Below are positions 18,763 through 27,395 of a DNA stretch of 64,000 bases, piece after piece. The notes under the pieces were generated by a model that saw only the letters and a program-made list of their open reading frames with translations, was not told where the DNA came from and made no database searches. How positions within the stretch are numbered: the stretch's first letter is position 1; the number at the start of each line of letters is the position of its first letter. The position numbers and the translations under genes were made by a program. Origin of the DNA: an uncultured Clostridia bacterium (lineage in GTDB: Bacteria > Bacillota > Clostridia > Christensenellales > CAG-138); the NCBI GenBank assembly GCA_934633695.1, contig CAKTYT010000001.1:138643-202642 (forward strand), in the 5' to 3' direction.

Positions 18763-20673
18763 ATGATCAACATTACTTTTCCCGATGGCTCCGTTCGTCA
18801 GTTTGATGACGGCGTAAATGCGTACGATATTGCTCAAAGCATAAGCCCGCGTCTTCGCAAGGCAACCATGGCAGCAGAGCTCGATGGTGAGCTTTTTGAT
18901 GCACGCCTGCCCATTCACGGCGACCATGAACTTAAACTTCTCACGTTTGCCGACGAGGGAGGACGCTGGACGTATCGCCATACCGGCTCACATATCCTTG
19001 CTCAGGCCGTGAAGAGGCTTTGGCCGGAGGTCAAGCTTGCAATTGGACCTGCGATTGATAATGGCTTTTACTATGATTTTGATACGGAAATTCCTTTCAG
19101 TCCCGAAGATTTCCCGAAAATCGAAAAGGAAATTGCAAAAATCGTTTCCGAAAATCTTCCACTTGAAAGGTTTGAGCTTCCCCGTGAAGAGGCTATCAAC
19201 TTCATGAAGGAACAGGGCGAGCCCTACAAGGTTGAACTGATAGAAGATCTTCCGACTGATTCCGTCATCAGCTTCTACCGTCAAGGAGACTTCGTTGATC
19301 TTTGTGCAGGTCCTCATCTTGAAACGACTGGCAAGTGCAAAAATATTAAGCTCATGAGCGTTGCGGGTGCTTATTGGCGCGGCAACGAAAAAAATAAGAT
19401 GCTCAAACGTATTTATGCGACTGCATTTGAAAAAAAGGCAGATCTGGATGAATACATTCATATGCTTGAAGAAGCAAAGAAGCGTGACCACAGGAAAATC
19501 GGCAGAGAACTCGGCCTTTTCACCATTATGGAGGAGGGTCCCGGTTTCCCGTTCTTCCTCCCCAAGGGAATGGTCCTTAAAAACAACCTTATTGAGTATT
19601 GGCGTGAAGTTCATAAGCGTTACGGATACGTTGAAATTTCAACTCCTATAATGCTTAATAGAAGCCTCTGGGAAAGAAGCGGTCACTGGGATCACTATAA
19701 AAACAATATGTATACTACCGTAATTGACGAGACGGACTTTGCAATTAAGCCAATGAATTGTCCTGGTGGAATGCTGGTATATCAGACGGAAATGCGTTCT
19801 TACAGGGATTTGCCCCTCAGAATGGGAGAACTCGGCCTTGTACACCGCCATGAACTCTCAGGAGCCCTTCACGGCTTGTTCCGCGTACGCTGTTTCACAC
19901 AGGATGATGCACATATTTTCATGACGTGGGATCAGATGAAGGATGAAATCAAGAATGTCGTTCGCCTCTTTGACGAAGTTTATTCAACCTTCGGTCTTTC
20001 ATACACGATAGAGCTTTCGACGATGCCTGAAGATCATATCGGCGATGTGAAGGATTGGGACTTTGCGACTGAAACGCTTAAAGCTGCTATTACCGAACTT
20101 GGCAAAGAGTTTGTTATCAATGAGGGCGACGGAGCATTCTACGGTCCAAAGCTCGACTTCCACCTTGCAGATTGCCTCGGCAGGACGTGGCAGTGCGGTA
20201 CAATTCAGCTCGATATGCAGCTGCCTGAACGTTTCGAACTTGAGTACACCGGTGCCGATGGTGCGAAACACCGCCCGGTCATGATCCACAGGGTCGTGTT
20301 CGGTTCAATCGAGCGTTTTATCGGCGTTATTACCGAACATTTTGCAGGTGCTTTCCCGACTTGGCTCGCTCCCGTGCAGGTGAAGATCATGGCAATGACC
20401 GACCGTACAAAAGGAGAAGTGCTTGAGATGGCAGAAAAACTCGAAAACTGCGGTATACGTGTCGAAACGGATCTTCGCAACGAGAAGATCGGTTTCAAAA
20501 TTCGAGAAGCACAGATGCAGAAGATTCCATATATGCTCATTGTCGGCGATAAAGAAGTTGAAAACGGCGTCGTTGCAGTTCGCAGCAGAAAGGGCGGCGA
20601 CCTCGGCACAACAAAACTTGATGAGTTCATTGACAAAGTGTTGGAAGAAGTTAAGACAAAAGCAAAGGACTGA
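18763..20673 (+). CDS. thrS: threonine--tRNA ligase
   Basis: 'MINITFPDGSVRQF' (TGS domain) and class II core motifs. RBS AAAGGAG lies before ATG 18763. The track's longer ORF runs through the T-box terminator. Confidence 0.97.
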   Translation: MINITFPDGSVRQFDDGVNAYDIAQSISPRLRKATMAAELDGELFDARLPIHGDHELKLLTFADEGGRWTYRHTGSHILAQAVKRLWPEVKLAIGPAIDNGFYYDFDTEIPFSPEDFPKIEKEIAKIVSENLPLERFELPREEAINFMKEQGEPYKVELIEDLPTDSVISFYRQGDFVDLCAGPHLETTGKCKNIKLMSVAGAYWRGNEKNKMLKRIYATAFEKKADLDEYIHMLEEAKKRDHRKIGRELGLFTIMEEGPGFPFFLPKGMVLKNNLIEYWREVHKRYGYVEISTPIMLNRSLWERSGHWDHYKNNMYTTVIDETDFAIKPMNCPGGMLVYQTEMRSYRDLPLRMGELGLVHRHELSGALHGLFRVRCFTQDDAHIFMTWDQMKDEIKNVVRLFDEVYSTFGLSYTIELSTMPEDHIGDVKDWDFATETLKAAITELGKEFVINEGDGAFYGPKLDFHLADCLGRTWQCGTIQLDMQLPERFELEYTGADGAKHRPVMIHRVVFGSIERFIGVITEHFAGAFPTWLAPVQVKIMAMTDRTKGEVLEMAEKLENCGIRVETDLRNEKIGFKIREAQMQKIPYMLIVGDKEVENGVVAVRSRKGGDLGTTKLDEFIDKVLEEVKTKAKD

Positions 20674-20692
20674 TAATTCTTTAAATCAAACA

Positions 20693-20722
20693 TCCGCTCT
20701 CGTTTTCACGGGAGCGGTTTTT
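20693..20722 (+). terminator. intrinsic terminator after thrS
   Basis: CCGCTC (20694-20699) pairs with GAGCGG (20712-20717), followed by TTTTTA. Confidence 0.7.
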
Positions 20723-20780
20723 ATATCAGATGTCCTTGAATGGTAAATATTATCTATTAACTAGAGGTGCTTTTGGGGTA

Positions 20781-20809
20781 TTGACGTATGAAACAGCTTC
20801 TGCTAAAAT
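20781..20809 (+). promoter_or_regulatory. sigmaA promoter of hyd maturation operon leader
   Basis: TTGACG (20781-20786), a 17-nt spacer, then TGcTAAAAT (-10 at 20804-20809). Confidence 0.55.
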
Positions 20810-20866
20810 AAAGGTGCACCTGACAAAAAGGTCTGTTGTCCTGACTGAAAGGAGCTTTCGCTTATA

Positions 20867-20929
20867 ATGTGTTTAGCTGCACCTTTTGGTTTGGTGCAGC
20901 TATTTTTTGTGAAAGGATATTGGAAATGA
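20867..20929 (+). CDS. candidate 20-codon leader ORF (MCLAAPFGLVQLFFVKGYWK)
   Basis: ATG at 20867 is preceded by AAAGGAG (20848-20854; 12-nt spacing, rather long). The ORF spans the leader terminator, and its TGA overlaps the regulator ATG (AAATGA at 20924-20929). Speculative. Confidence 0.2.
   Translation: MCLAAPFGLVQLFFVKGYWK
20875..20908 (+). terminator. leader (attenuator-type) intrinsic terminator upstream of hyd operon
   Basis: AGCTGCACC (20875-20883) pairs with GGTGCAGCT (20893-20901) across a 9-nt loop, followed by A+TTTTTT (20902-20908). It ends 18 nt before the first operon ATG. Confidence 0.65.
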
Positions 20930-21183
20930 AGACAAGAGTTGCCGTAATGGCCATTATCGTAGAAGATGGTGACGCTGTCGAAAAGCTGAATGCAGTTCTC
21001 CACAATTACGGGGAATACATCATCGGCAGAATGGGCATTCCTTACCGTGCGAGGGGAATTAATATCGTATCCATTGCGATAGATGCACCGCAGGATGAAA
21101 TTTCATCGCTTGCGGGTAAACTCGGAAACATTCATGGTATCAGCGTTAAAACTGCATACTCCAACATTAAGGATGAGAATTGA
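20926..21183 (+). CDS. TM1266-family iron-only hydrogenase system regulator
   Basis: 85 aa starting 'MKTRVAVMAIIVEDGDAVEKLNAVLHNYGEYIIGRMGIPY'. It lies directly upstream of hydE and overlaps it. Confidence 0.75.
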   Translation: MKTRVAVMAIIVEDGDAVEKLNAVLHNYGEYIIGRMGIPYRARGINIVSIAIDAPQDEISSLAGKLGNIHGISVKTAYSNIKDEN

Positions 21184-22222
21184 AGCTGTTTCTCTAATTG
21201 ATAAACTCGCACAACAACACAGTCTCGAGAAAGATGAGTACCTCTTTCTGCTTAAAAACGCCGGCAGAGAGGAGCAAGCTCATGCAGCGAGACTTGCTGA
21301 CAGAATACGAAGGGAAATCTACGGCACTGAGGTTTTTATAAGAGGACTTATAGAGGTCGGAAACATTTGCAGAAACGACTGCTATTATTGCGGAATAAGG
21401 GCATCCAATGGCAAATGTGTTCGTTACACGCTTAGCGATGATCAGATTCTTTCCTGCTGCATGGAGGGATATGGTATAGGCTTTAGAAGCTTTGTCTTAC
21501 AGGGCGGTGAGGGGACATTGTCGGTTGAACGAGTGGAACGTATTGTATCGGGAATACGAAAAGGCTTTCCCGATTGTGCAATAACGCTTTCCCTCGGGGA
21601 ATATGAACATGATGAATACGAGACGTTCTATAAGGCAGGTGCTGATCGGTATCTGCTCAGACATGAAACGGCGGACGAAAGACACTACAATTTGCTTCAT
21701 CCAAGCAAGATGTCTTTTGAACACCGTATGAAGTGCATTGAATCGCTTCGTAGCGTAGGGTTTGCTGTCGGCATCGGCTTCATGGTAGGTTCACCCTTCC
21801 AAACGTATGAAAACATTGCGTCCGACCTCAAATTCATTGAGAAATTTTCGCCGGAAATGTGCGGAATCGGGCCGTTCATTCCGCAAAAAGACACGCCGTT
21901 TGGCAGTTTTCGTGCAGGCTCTGCCGAATTGACATGTTATTTGCTGTCTTTGATAAGGCTTATTAAACCCAACATTCTGCTTCCTGCGACAACGGCATTA
22001 GGTTCTATTGAGGCGGATGGAAGACTCAGGGGAATACTTGCAGGTGCAAATGTTGTTATGCCAAATCTGTCTCCGTTCGAAGTGAGAGACAAATACAACT
22101 TATATGACAACAAACTTTCGACGGGTTCTGAATCCGCACAGAACCTTGAGAAGTTGAAAAAAAGCTTCGGTACAATAGGCTTTACGGTTGCACAATCGCG
22201 GGGCGACATAAAAAATATCTGA
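21173..22222 (+). CDS. hydE: [FeFe] hydrogenase H-cluster radical SAM maturase HydE
   Basis: Radical SAM motif 'CRNDCYYCG' in a BioB-like fold. Start ATG 21173 overlaps the upstream gene by 11 nt. Confidence 0.9.
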   Translation: MRIEAVSLIDKLAQQHSLEKDEYLFLLKNAGREEQAHAARLADRIRREIYGTEVFIRGLIEVGNICRNDCYYCGIRASNGKCVRYTLSDDQILSCCMEGYGIGFRSFVLQGGEGTLSVERVERIVSGIRKGFPDCAITLSLGEYEHDEYETFYKAGADRYLLRHETADERHYNLLHPSKMSFEHRMKCIESLRSVGFAVGIGFMVGSPFQTYENIASDLKFIEKFSPEMCGIGPFIPQKDTPFGSFRAGSAELTCYLLSLIRLIKPNILLPATTALGSIEADGRLRGILAGANVVMPNLSPFEVRDKYNLYDNKLSTGSESAQNLEKLKKSFGTIGFTVAQSRGDIKNI

Positions 22223-22260
22223 CGGAAAGAGCTGATTCTGACCGATAAGAAAGGAAAAAT

Positions 22261-23715
22261 ATGGCTATTTACAATCCAAAATCATTAAGAGCAGAGGATT
22301 TCATCAATCATGAAGAGATTCTCGAAACCATCAAGTACGCAAAAGCAAACAAAAATAATATTGAACTGATCGATGCCATCCTTGAAAAAGCGAGGCCGCA
22401 ACGTTCCGCTGACGGAAAATCCGTACATTGTTCGGGTTTAACGCATAGGGAAGCATCGGTGCTGCTGGCATGCGATATCCCGGAAAAAATCGAGGAAATG
22501 TTCAGGCTTGCAAATGAGATAAAGCTGTCATTCTACGGCAACCGTATAGTTATGTTTGCTCCTCTCTACCTTTCCAACTACTGTGTCAATGGCTGCGTTT
22601 ACTGTCCGTACCACCTGAAAAATAAACACATCGCAAGGAAAAAACTCACACAGCAGGAAATTAGGGATGAAGTAATTGCTCTCCAGGACATGGGCCACAA
22701 ACGCCTTGCGATCGAGGCGGGGGAGGATCCGGTGCACAACCCGATAGAGTACATTCTTGAGTGCATCAAGACGATTTATTCTGTTCACCATAAGAATGGC
22801 GATATCCGCAGAGTGAACGTTAATATAGCTGCAACGACAGTCGAGAACTATCGTAAACTCAAGGATGCCGGAATAGGGACATATATTCTCTTTCAGGAGA
22901 CTTACAATAAGGAAAGCTACCTTGAGCTTCACCCAACGGGACCTAAGCATGACTATGATTACCACACTGAGGCGATGGATCGAGCAATGCAAGGCGGAAT
23001 TGATGATGTCGGACTGGGTGTACTGTTCGGGCTTGAAGGCTATGACTATGAATTTGCAGGGCTTTTAATGCACGCAGAACACCTTGAAGCCGTTCACGGT
23101 GTCGGTCCGCATACAATAAGCGTTCCGAGAATCAAACATGCCGATGATATTGATCCGAATGTGTTCGACAACTCACTTTCAGACGATATGTTTAAAAGAA
23201 TTATTGCCTGCATAAGGATCGCAGTTCCCTATACCGGTATGATTATTTCAACAAGAGAAAGCGAATCCGTGAGGGGTGAGGTGCTTGATTTGGGTATTTC
23301 TCAGATAAGTGGTGCATCAAGGACATCCGTCGGCGGTTACACCGAGGAAGAACGCCCTCACGATTCGGAACAGTTCGACGTTTCTGATATGCGTACATTG
23401 GATGAGGTCGTTGAATGGCTGATGGAGCTTGATCACATTCCCTCGTTCTGCACGGCATGTTACCGGGAGGGAAGAACTGGTGACAGATTCATGAGTCTTT
23501 GCAAAAATGGGCAAATACTTAACTGCTGTCATCCCAACGCACTTATGACGCTCGCAGAATATCTTGTTGATTATGCGAGTTCGAAGACGAAAAAAACCGG
23601 TTTTGCTCTTATCGAACGCGAGCTTGAAAAGATTCCAAACGAAAAGGTGAAACGCATTGCTGCGGAGAACATCGAAAAGATCAAGTCCTCGGATAAGAGA
23701 GATTTCAGATTTTAA
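22261..23715 (+). CDS. hydG: [FeFe] hydrogenase H-cluster radical SAM maturase HydG
   Basis: 484 aa, ThiH-like. 'CVNGCVYCPY' and a C-terminal Cys cluster 'FCTACYREGRTGDRFM'. Confidence 0.92.
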   Translation: MAIYNPKSLRAEDFINHEEILETIKYAKANKNNIELIDAILEKARPQRSADGKSVHCSGLTHREASVLLACDIPEKIEEMFRLANEIKLSFYGNRIVMFAPLYLSNYCVNGCVYCPYHLKNKHIARKKLTQQEIRDEVIALQDMGHKRLAIEAGEDPVHNPIEYILECIKTIYSVHHKNGDIRRVNVNIAATTVENYRKLKDAGIGTYILFQETYNKESYLELHPTGPKHDYDYHTEAMDRAMQGGIDDVGLGVLFGLEGYDYEFAGLLMHAEHLEAVHGVGPHTISVPRIKHADDIDPNVFDNSLSDDMFKRIIACIRIAVPYTGMIISTRESESVRGEVLDLGISQISGASRTSVGGYTEEERPHDSEQFDVSDMRTLDEVVEWLMELDHIPSFCTACYREGRTGDRFMSLCKNGQILNCCHPNALMTLAEYLVDYASSKTKKTGFALIERELEKIPNEKVKRIAAENIEKIKSSDKRDFRF

Positions 23716-23725
23716 CGGAGGGGCT

Positions 23726-24907
23726 ATGGATTTGAATTCAACAGTCAATGCCCAGAGATTGCACATAGGCTTTTTCGGCAGTGTCAACAGCGGAAAGTCA
23801 AGCCTTGTCAACGCATTGACGGGGCAGAAGCTCTCCATTGTATCCGATACGGAGGGAACGACCACCGACCCGGTGCAGAAAGCAATGGAACTGCTCCCAA
23901 TAGGTCCGGTTGTGATAATCGATACTCCGGGTCTTAATGACGGAACGGAGCTTGGCAGACTTCGAATTGAACGGACAATGCAAGTGTTGAGAAAAACCGA
24001 TGTCGCAGTTATTGTCACGGATTCTTCCAAACCGAATGGGGAAGTTGCAGACTTCATTGAAAAAGTCAGGATGAAAGGCATTCCGTTTGTTCTTGTAAGA
24101 AATAAATGCGACCTTACAGATGACTGTCTTGAAGAAAACGGGATGCTGTGCGTTAGTGCAAAGACCGGAAAAAATATTGACGAGCTAAAACAACATATCA
24201 TCAAAAGTGTACCTGCGGCGGGGGGTGAAAGAAAAATCGTTTCGGATTTGCTGGAAAAAGGTGATACGGTTATTCTCGTTACTCCGATAGACGAGGCAGC
24301 TCCGAAGGGGCGGCTGATACTTCCCCAGCAGCAGACAATACGGGACATACTAGACGCAGGAGGTATCTGTTTAACTGTTCAGCCGGACGAACTTGCCGCA
24401 TCGCTCAAGCTGTTGAATGAGCCTCCGAAGATGGTCATTTGCGACTCCCAGGTGTTTGGGTTTGTAGACTCTGTCGTACCAAGAGACATTGCTTTAACAT
24501 CGTTCTCGATCCTGTTTGCGAGGTACAGGGGGAATTTTGAACAGCTTATTAGAGGAGTTAATGCCATTGATGACCTTGAGGACGGAGATACGGTGCTTAT
24601 AAGCGAAGGCTGTACTCACCATCGCCAGTGCGGAGACATCGGTACGGTAAAACTGCCGGGTTGGCTTAAAAAATACACAGGCAAAAAGCTAAATTTTCGA
24701 TTCACCTCCGGCGGCGAATTTCCGGAAGATCTTTCGGAAATTGATCTGGTCGTCCATTGCGGAGGATGTATGCTCAATGCAAACGAGCTTATGGGAAGAC
24801 TTGAAAATTGTGAAGCACAGGGCGTTAAAGTTACAAATTATGGCATTGCTATTGCGAAAATGCACGGTATTCTAAAGAGGTCACTTTCGGTTTTCAAAAT
24901 TAATTAA
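23726..24907 (+). CDS. hydF: [FeFe] hydrogenase H-cluster maturation GTPase HydF
   Basis: G1 motif 'GSVNSGKSSLVNAL', 'DTPGL' and 'NKCD'. C-terminal cluster ligands 'EGCTHHRQC' and 'HCGGC'. RBS GGAGGGG lies before ATG 23726. Confidence 0.9.
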   Translation: MDLNSTVNAQRLHIGFFGSVNSGKSSLVNALTGQKLSIVSDTEGTTTDPVQKAMELLPIGPVVIIDTPGLNDGTELGRLRIERTMQVLRKTDVAVIVTDSSKPNGEVADFIEKVRMKGIPFVLVRNKCDLTDDCLEENGMLCVSAKTGKNIDELKQHIIKSVPAAGGERKIVSDLLEKGDTVILVTPIDEAAPKGRLILPQQQTIRDILDAGGICLTVQPDELAASLKLLNEPPKMVICDSQVFGFVDSVVPRDIALTSFSILFARYRGNFEQLIRGVNAIDDLEDGDTVLISEGCTHHRQCGDIGTVKLPGWLKKYTGKKLNFRFTSGGEFPEDLSEIDLVVHCGGCMLNANELMGRLENCEAQGVKVTNYGIAIAKMHGILKRSLSVFKIN

Positions 24908-24915
24908 AAACAAAA

Positions 24916-24950
24916 CAGGAGGCAGGACGAGTTCTTGCCTCTTGTTTTGT
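24916..24950. terminator. bidirectional intrinsic terminator between hydF and ireB
   Basis: A 12-bp stem, CAGGAGGCAGGA (24916-24927) pairing with TTCTTGCCTCTTG (24932-24944), with T-rich 3' and A-rich 5' flanks. Confidence 0.7.
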
Positions 24951-24999
24951 ATGCGGTTTGCACGAAAACTCGTCAAAATCTATGCGAAACAGTGCTTAA

Positions 25000-25284
25000 T
25001 CAAATGATGTCGCCGTTGTCGTAGCGGTCAATATAAGTACTGACAAGTTCTTCCATCAATTCGTATCTTTCAAGTGTACGGATGAGGTAACGAGCGTTGT
25101 TAAAGCTTGTTATATAAGTCGGATCTCCGGAAATAAGATAACCAACGATCTGACTCACAGGGTCATAGCCCTTTTCTCTCATGGAAGCATATACGCTCAT
25201 CAGAACTTCGTGAGCACTCATTGTGCCGTTTGGTTTTTTAAATTTAATCGTGCTGCCAATGTCATCAATAGCTTTTTTATCCAT
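25000..25284 (-). CDS. ireB: IreB family regulatory phosphoprotein (UPF0297)
   Basis: 94 aa. 'EKGYDPVSQIVGYLISGDPTYITSFNNAR' is the family core. Confidence 0.85.
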   Translation of the reverse strand: MDKKAIDDIGSTIKFKKPNGTMSAHEVLMSVYASMREKGYDPVSQIVGYLISGDPTYITSFNNARYLIRTLERYELMEELVSTYIDRYDNGDII

Positions 25285-25317
25285 ATTGAGCTTACCTCCG
25301 TAAATTACTATAGGTAT

Positions 25318-25346
25318 ATTATAGCATGGTTTCGCAAAAATGCCAA
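25318..25346 (-). promoter_or_regulatory. sigmaA promoter of ireB
   Basis: On the minus strand: TTGGCA (25346-25341), a 17-nt spacer, then TATAAT (25323-25318). Confidence 0.5.
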
Positions 25347-25420
25347 TAGCAAAATACCCCCAAATTCACTCAAATCATGTCGAAAGTGGGGCATTTTAAG
25401 GATTTTTTTCGGTTTTTGGC

Positions 25421-25564
25421 TCAAAAAACTTTTTTCATCGAGCGAAATACATGCTTCGTATCACGCTTCATACGTTTGGGAATGTCGGGGTAAACCGTAC
25501 AAACCGCTGCCGCCGCAGCTGCCATACCGATAGCAATACCGGAAACGAAACCGATAACTTTCAT
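25421..25564 (-). CDS. small hydrophobic protein (47 aa), function unknown
   Basis: A strong RBS (GGAGG plus 8 nt) precedes ATG 25564. The sequence 'MKVIGFVSGIAIGMAAAAAAV...' forms a single TM helix followed by a basic tail. Confidence 0.35.
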   Translation of the reverse strand: MKVIGFVSGIAIGMAAAAAAVCTVYPDIPKRMKRDTKHVFRSMKKVF

Positions 25565-25692
25565 AAAAAAACCTCCAGAGAATATGTTTTTGCCCGATAC
25601 ACACGACCGTGCATTGATTCTGAGAATAGTTTGAACCGAAAGTGCGGTAATCATGCTACGGTAAAAGTTGGTTTTTTATTTGAAGAGTTCTG

Positions 25693-25721
25693 TTGAAAAG
25701 AAAAAAGAATCGGGGTATAAT
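25693..25721 (+). promoter_or_regulatory. sigmaA promoter of nitroreductase gene
   Basis: TTGAAA (25693-25698), a 17-nt spacer, then TATAAT (25716-25721). Confidence 0.55.
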
Positions 25722-25777
25722 TGAAAAGAGAAGGGCTTTTAAAGCAGCTTTTTCAAATTTTTTTGGAGGAAACAAGC

Positions 25778-26329
25778 ATGAATACCGTAATTCAAACTAT
25801 GATAGACCGCCGTAGCATCAGGGCGTACACTGACGAAAAGTTGACAGCAGACGAGATTGCAACGCTTAAGATTGCTGCCCTCTCGGCTCCGACGGCAATG
25901 AATCGGCAGACACAGAAGTTTGCTTTCGTCACTGACGCAAAACTCATAGACAAGGTCGAAAAAAGGGTCTATGAGTCAATCGTCAAGGCAGGTGAAAATG
26001 AACTTGCAGAGCGAATCAAATCGAGAAACGGCAAAATTCTTTACGATACTCCACTTCTCGTTGTCGTAACTGCAAAACCTGGACATTTTGCTCCGGTAGA
26101 CGCCGGTATTGCAGTTGAAAACATTGCACTTGCCGCAAAGAGCATGGGACTTGATTCGGTTATCCTCGGTATGCCTGCGAGGGCTTTTGAGGGTGAAGGT
26201 TCGCAGGAGCTTTATTCCGATCTCCGCATACCGGATGACTACAAATTCATGATTGCAATTGCAGTCGGTCATCCTGCAATGGACAAAGACCCTCATGAGT
26301 TCGACATGACGAATTGCATCGATATTTAA
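25778..26329 (+). CDS. nitroreductase family protein
   Basis: 'MIDRRSIRAYTDEKL' N-terminal signature. RBS GGAGGA lies before ATG 25778. Confidence 0.85.
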   Translation: MNTVIQTMIDRRSIRAYTDEKLTADEIATLKIAALSAPTAMNRQTQKFAFVTDAKLIDKVEKRVYESIVKAGENELAERIKSRNGKILYDTPLLVVVTAKPGHFAPVDAGIAVENIALAAKSMGLDSVILGMPARAFEGEGSQELYSDLRIPDDYKFMIAIAVGHPAMDKDPHEFDMTNCIDI

Positions 26330-26335
26330 TCGCAT

Positions 26336-27376
26336 ATGGAAAAGAAAAAGGTAAGTTTGAAGGGCGTTGAAATAGGTGCAGGTTCGTGCGTCACGATCCA
26401 GTCAATGACAAATACGGACACGCGAGACGTTGAGGCTACAGTCAATCAGATCCTTGAACTTGAAAAAGCGGGCTGTGAAATAGTCCGCTCCTCTGTCTAT
26501 GACGCTGACTGTGTTGAAGCACTGAAACGCATTATCCCATCAATTCATATTCCACTCGTAGCAGATGTTCACTTTGACCACCGCCTTGCAATCGGTGCGA
26601 TTGAGTCGGGGGTTGCAAAGGTACGAATCAACCCCGGCAACATTGGTTCAGAATTAAAAGTGCGTGAACTTGCCGCTTGTGCAAAAGCGAACAATGTGCC
26701 AATACGCATAGGTGTGAACGGAGGTTCACTTGAAAAAGAAATATTGAGAGAGTACGGTGTCACCGCAAAAGCAATGGTGATGAGTGCCGTTAAACATGCT
26801 CAAATGCTTGAAAAAGTAGATTTTGAAGATATTGTGATCTCACTTAAAGCTTCTGACGTTAAAACAACGGTTGAAGCGTACAGATTAGCAAACAAAATGC
26901 TGCCGTATCCGCTCCACCTCGGTGTGACCGAGGCGGGGATGGGCGATGATGCTCTTGTAAAATCCGCTGTCGGAATAGGGAGCTTGCTGCTCGACGGCAT
27001 CGGAGACACAATAAGGGTTTCAATGACAGGCGGTGTCGTTCAGGAAGTTTATGCGGCAAAGAAAATTCTTAAGGCAGTCGGCATAAGGAATTTTGGTCCG
27101 ACTGTGATCTCGTGTCCGACTTGCGGAAGAACGAGGGTCGAACTCCCGAAGATAGTTGAAAAGGTCAAGGCTGCCTTGCCTACGAACGGAAAATCTATCA
27201 AGGTTGCCGTTATGGGCTGTGCGGTCAATGGTCCGGGAGAGGCAAGCGAGGCCGATATAGGTATTGCTTTCGGGAGCAATAATGCAGCCGTATTCAGAGC
27301 GGGAAAAATTGCGTACACGGACAAGCTGCCGGAGGTAATCGACAGGTTTATCGACGACTGCCTGAAACTTGTTTAA
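26336..27376 (+). CDS. ispG: 4-hydroxy-3-methylbut-2-en-1-yl diphosphate synthase (IspG/GcpE)
   Basis: 'VTIQSMTNTDTRDV', 'VRINPGNIG', and cluster ligands 'SCPTCGRT...GCAVNGPGE'. Confidence 0.95.
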   Translation: MEKKKVSLKGVEIGAGSCVTIQSMTNTDTRDVEATVNQILELEKAGCEIVRSSVYDADCVEALKRIIPSIHIPLVADVHFDHRLAIGAIESGVAKVRINPGNIGSELKVRELAACAKANNVPIRIGVNGGSLEKEILREYGVTAKAMVMSAVKHAQMLEKVDFEDIVISLKASDVKTTVEAYRLANKMLPYPLHLGVTEAGMGDDALVKSAVGIGSLLLDGIGDTIRVSMTGGVVQEVYAAKKILKAVGIRNFGPTVISCPTCGRTRVELPKIVEKVKAALPTNGKSIKVAVMGCAVNGPGEASEADIGIAFGSNNAAVFRAGKIAYTDKLPEVIDRFIDDCLKLV

Positions 27377-27395
27377 TGCAAATAGGAGAAGCGTA

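Noticed and set aside
20813-20821. GGTGCACCT as a definite antiterminator for the hyd leader terminator.
   Set aside because: The pairing is 8/9, but the segment straddles the predicted transcription start (about 20815-20817), so part of it may not be transcribed. I kept it only as a hypothesis within the leader finding.
23317-24348. A 343-aa minus-strand ORF overlapping hydG and hydF.
   Set aside because: It lies entirely antisense to two well-supported genes. Its composition is Ser/Pro/Thr/Ile-rich and low in complexity, with no recognisable motifs. This is a typical shadow ORF.
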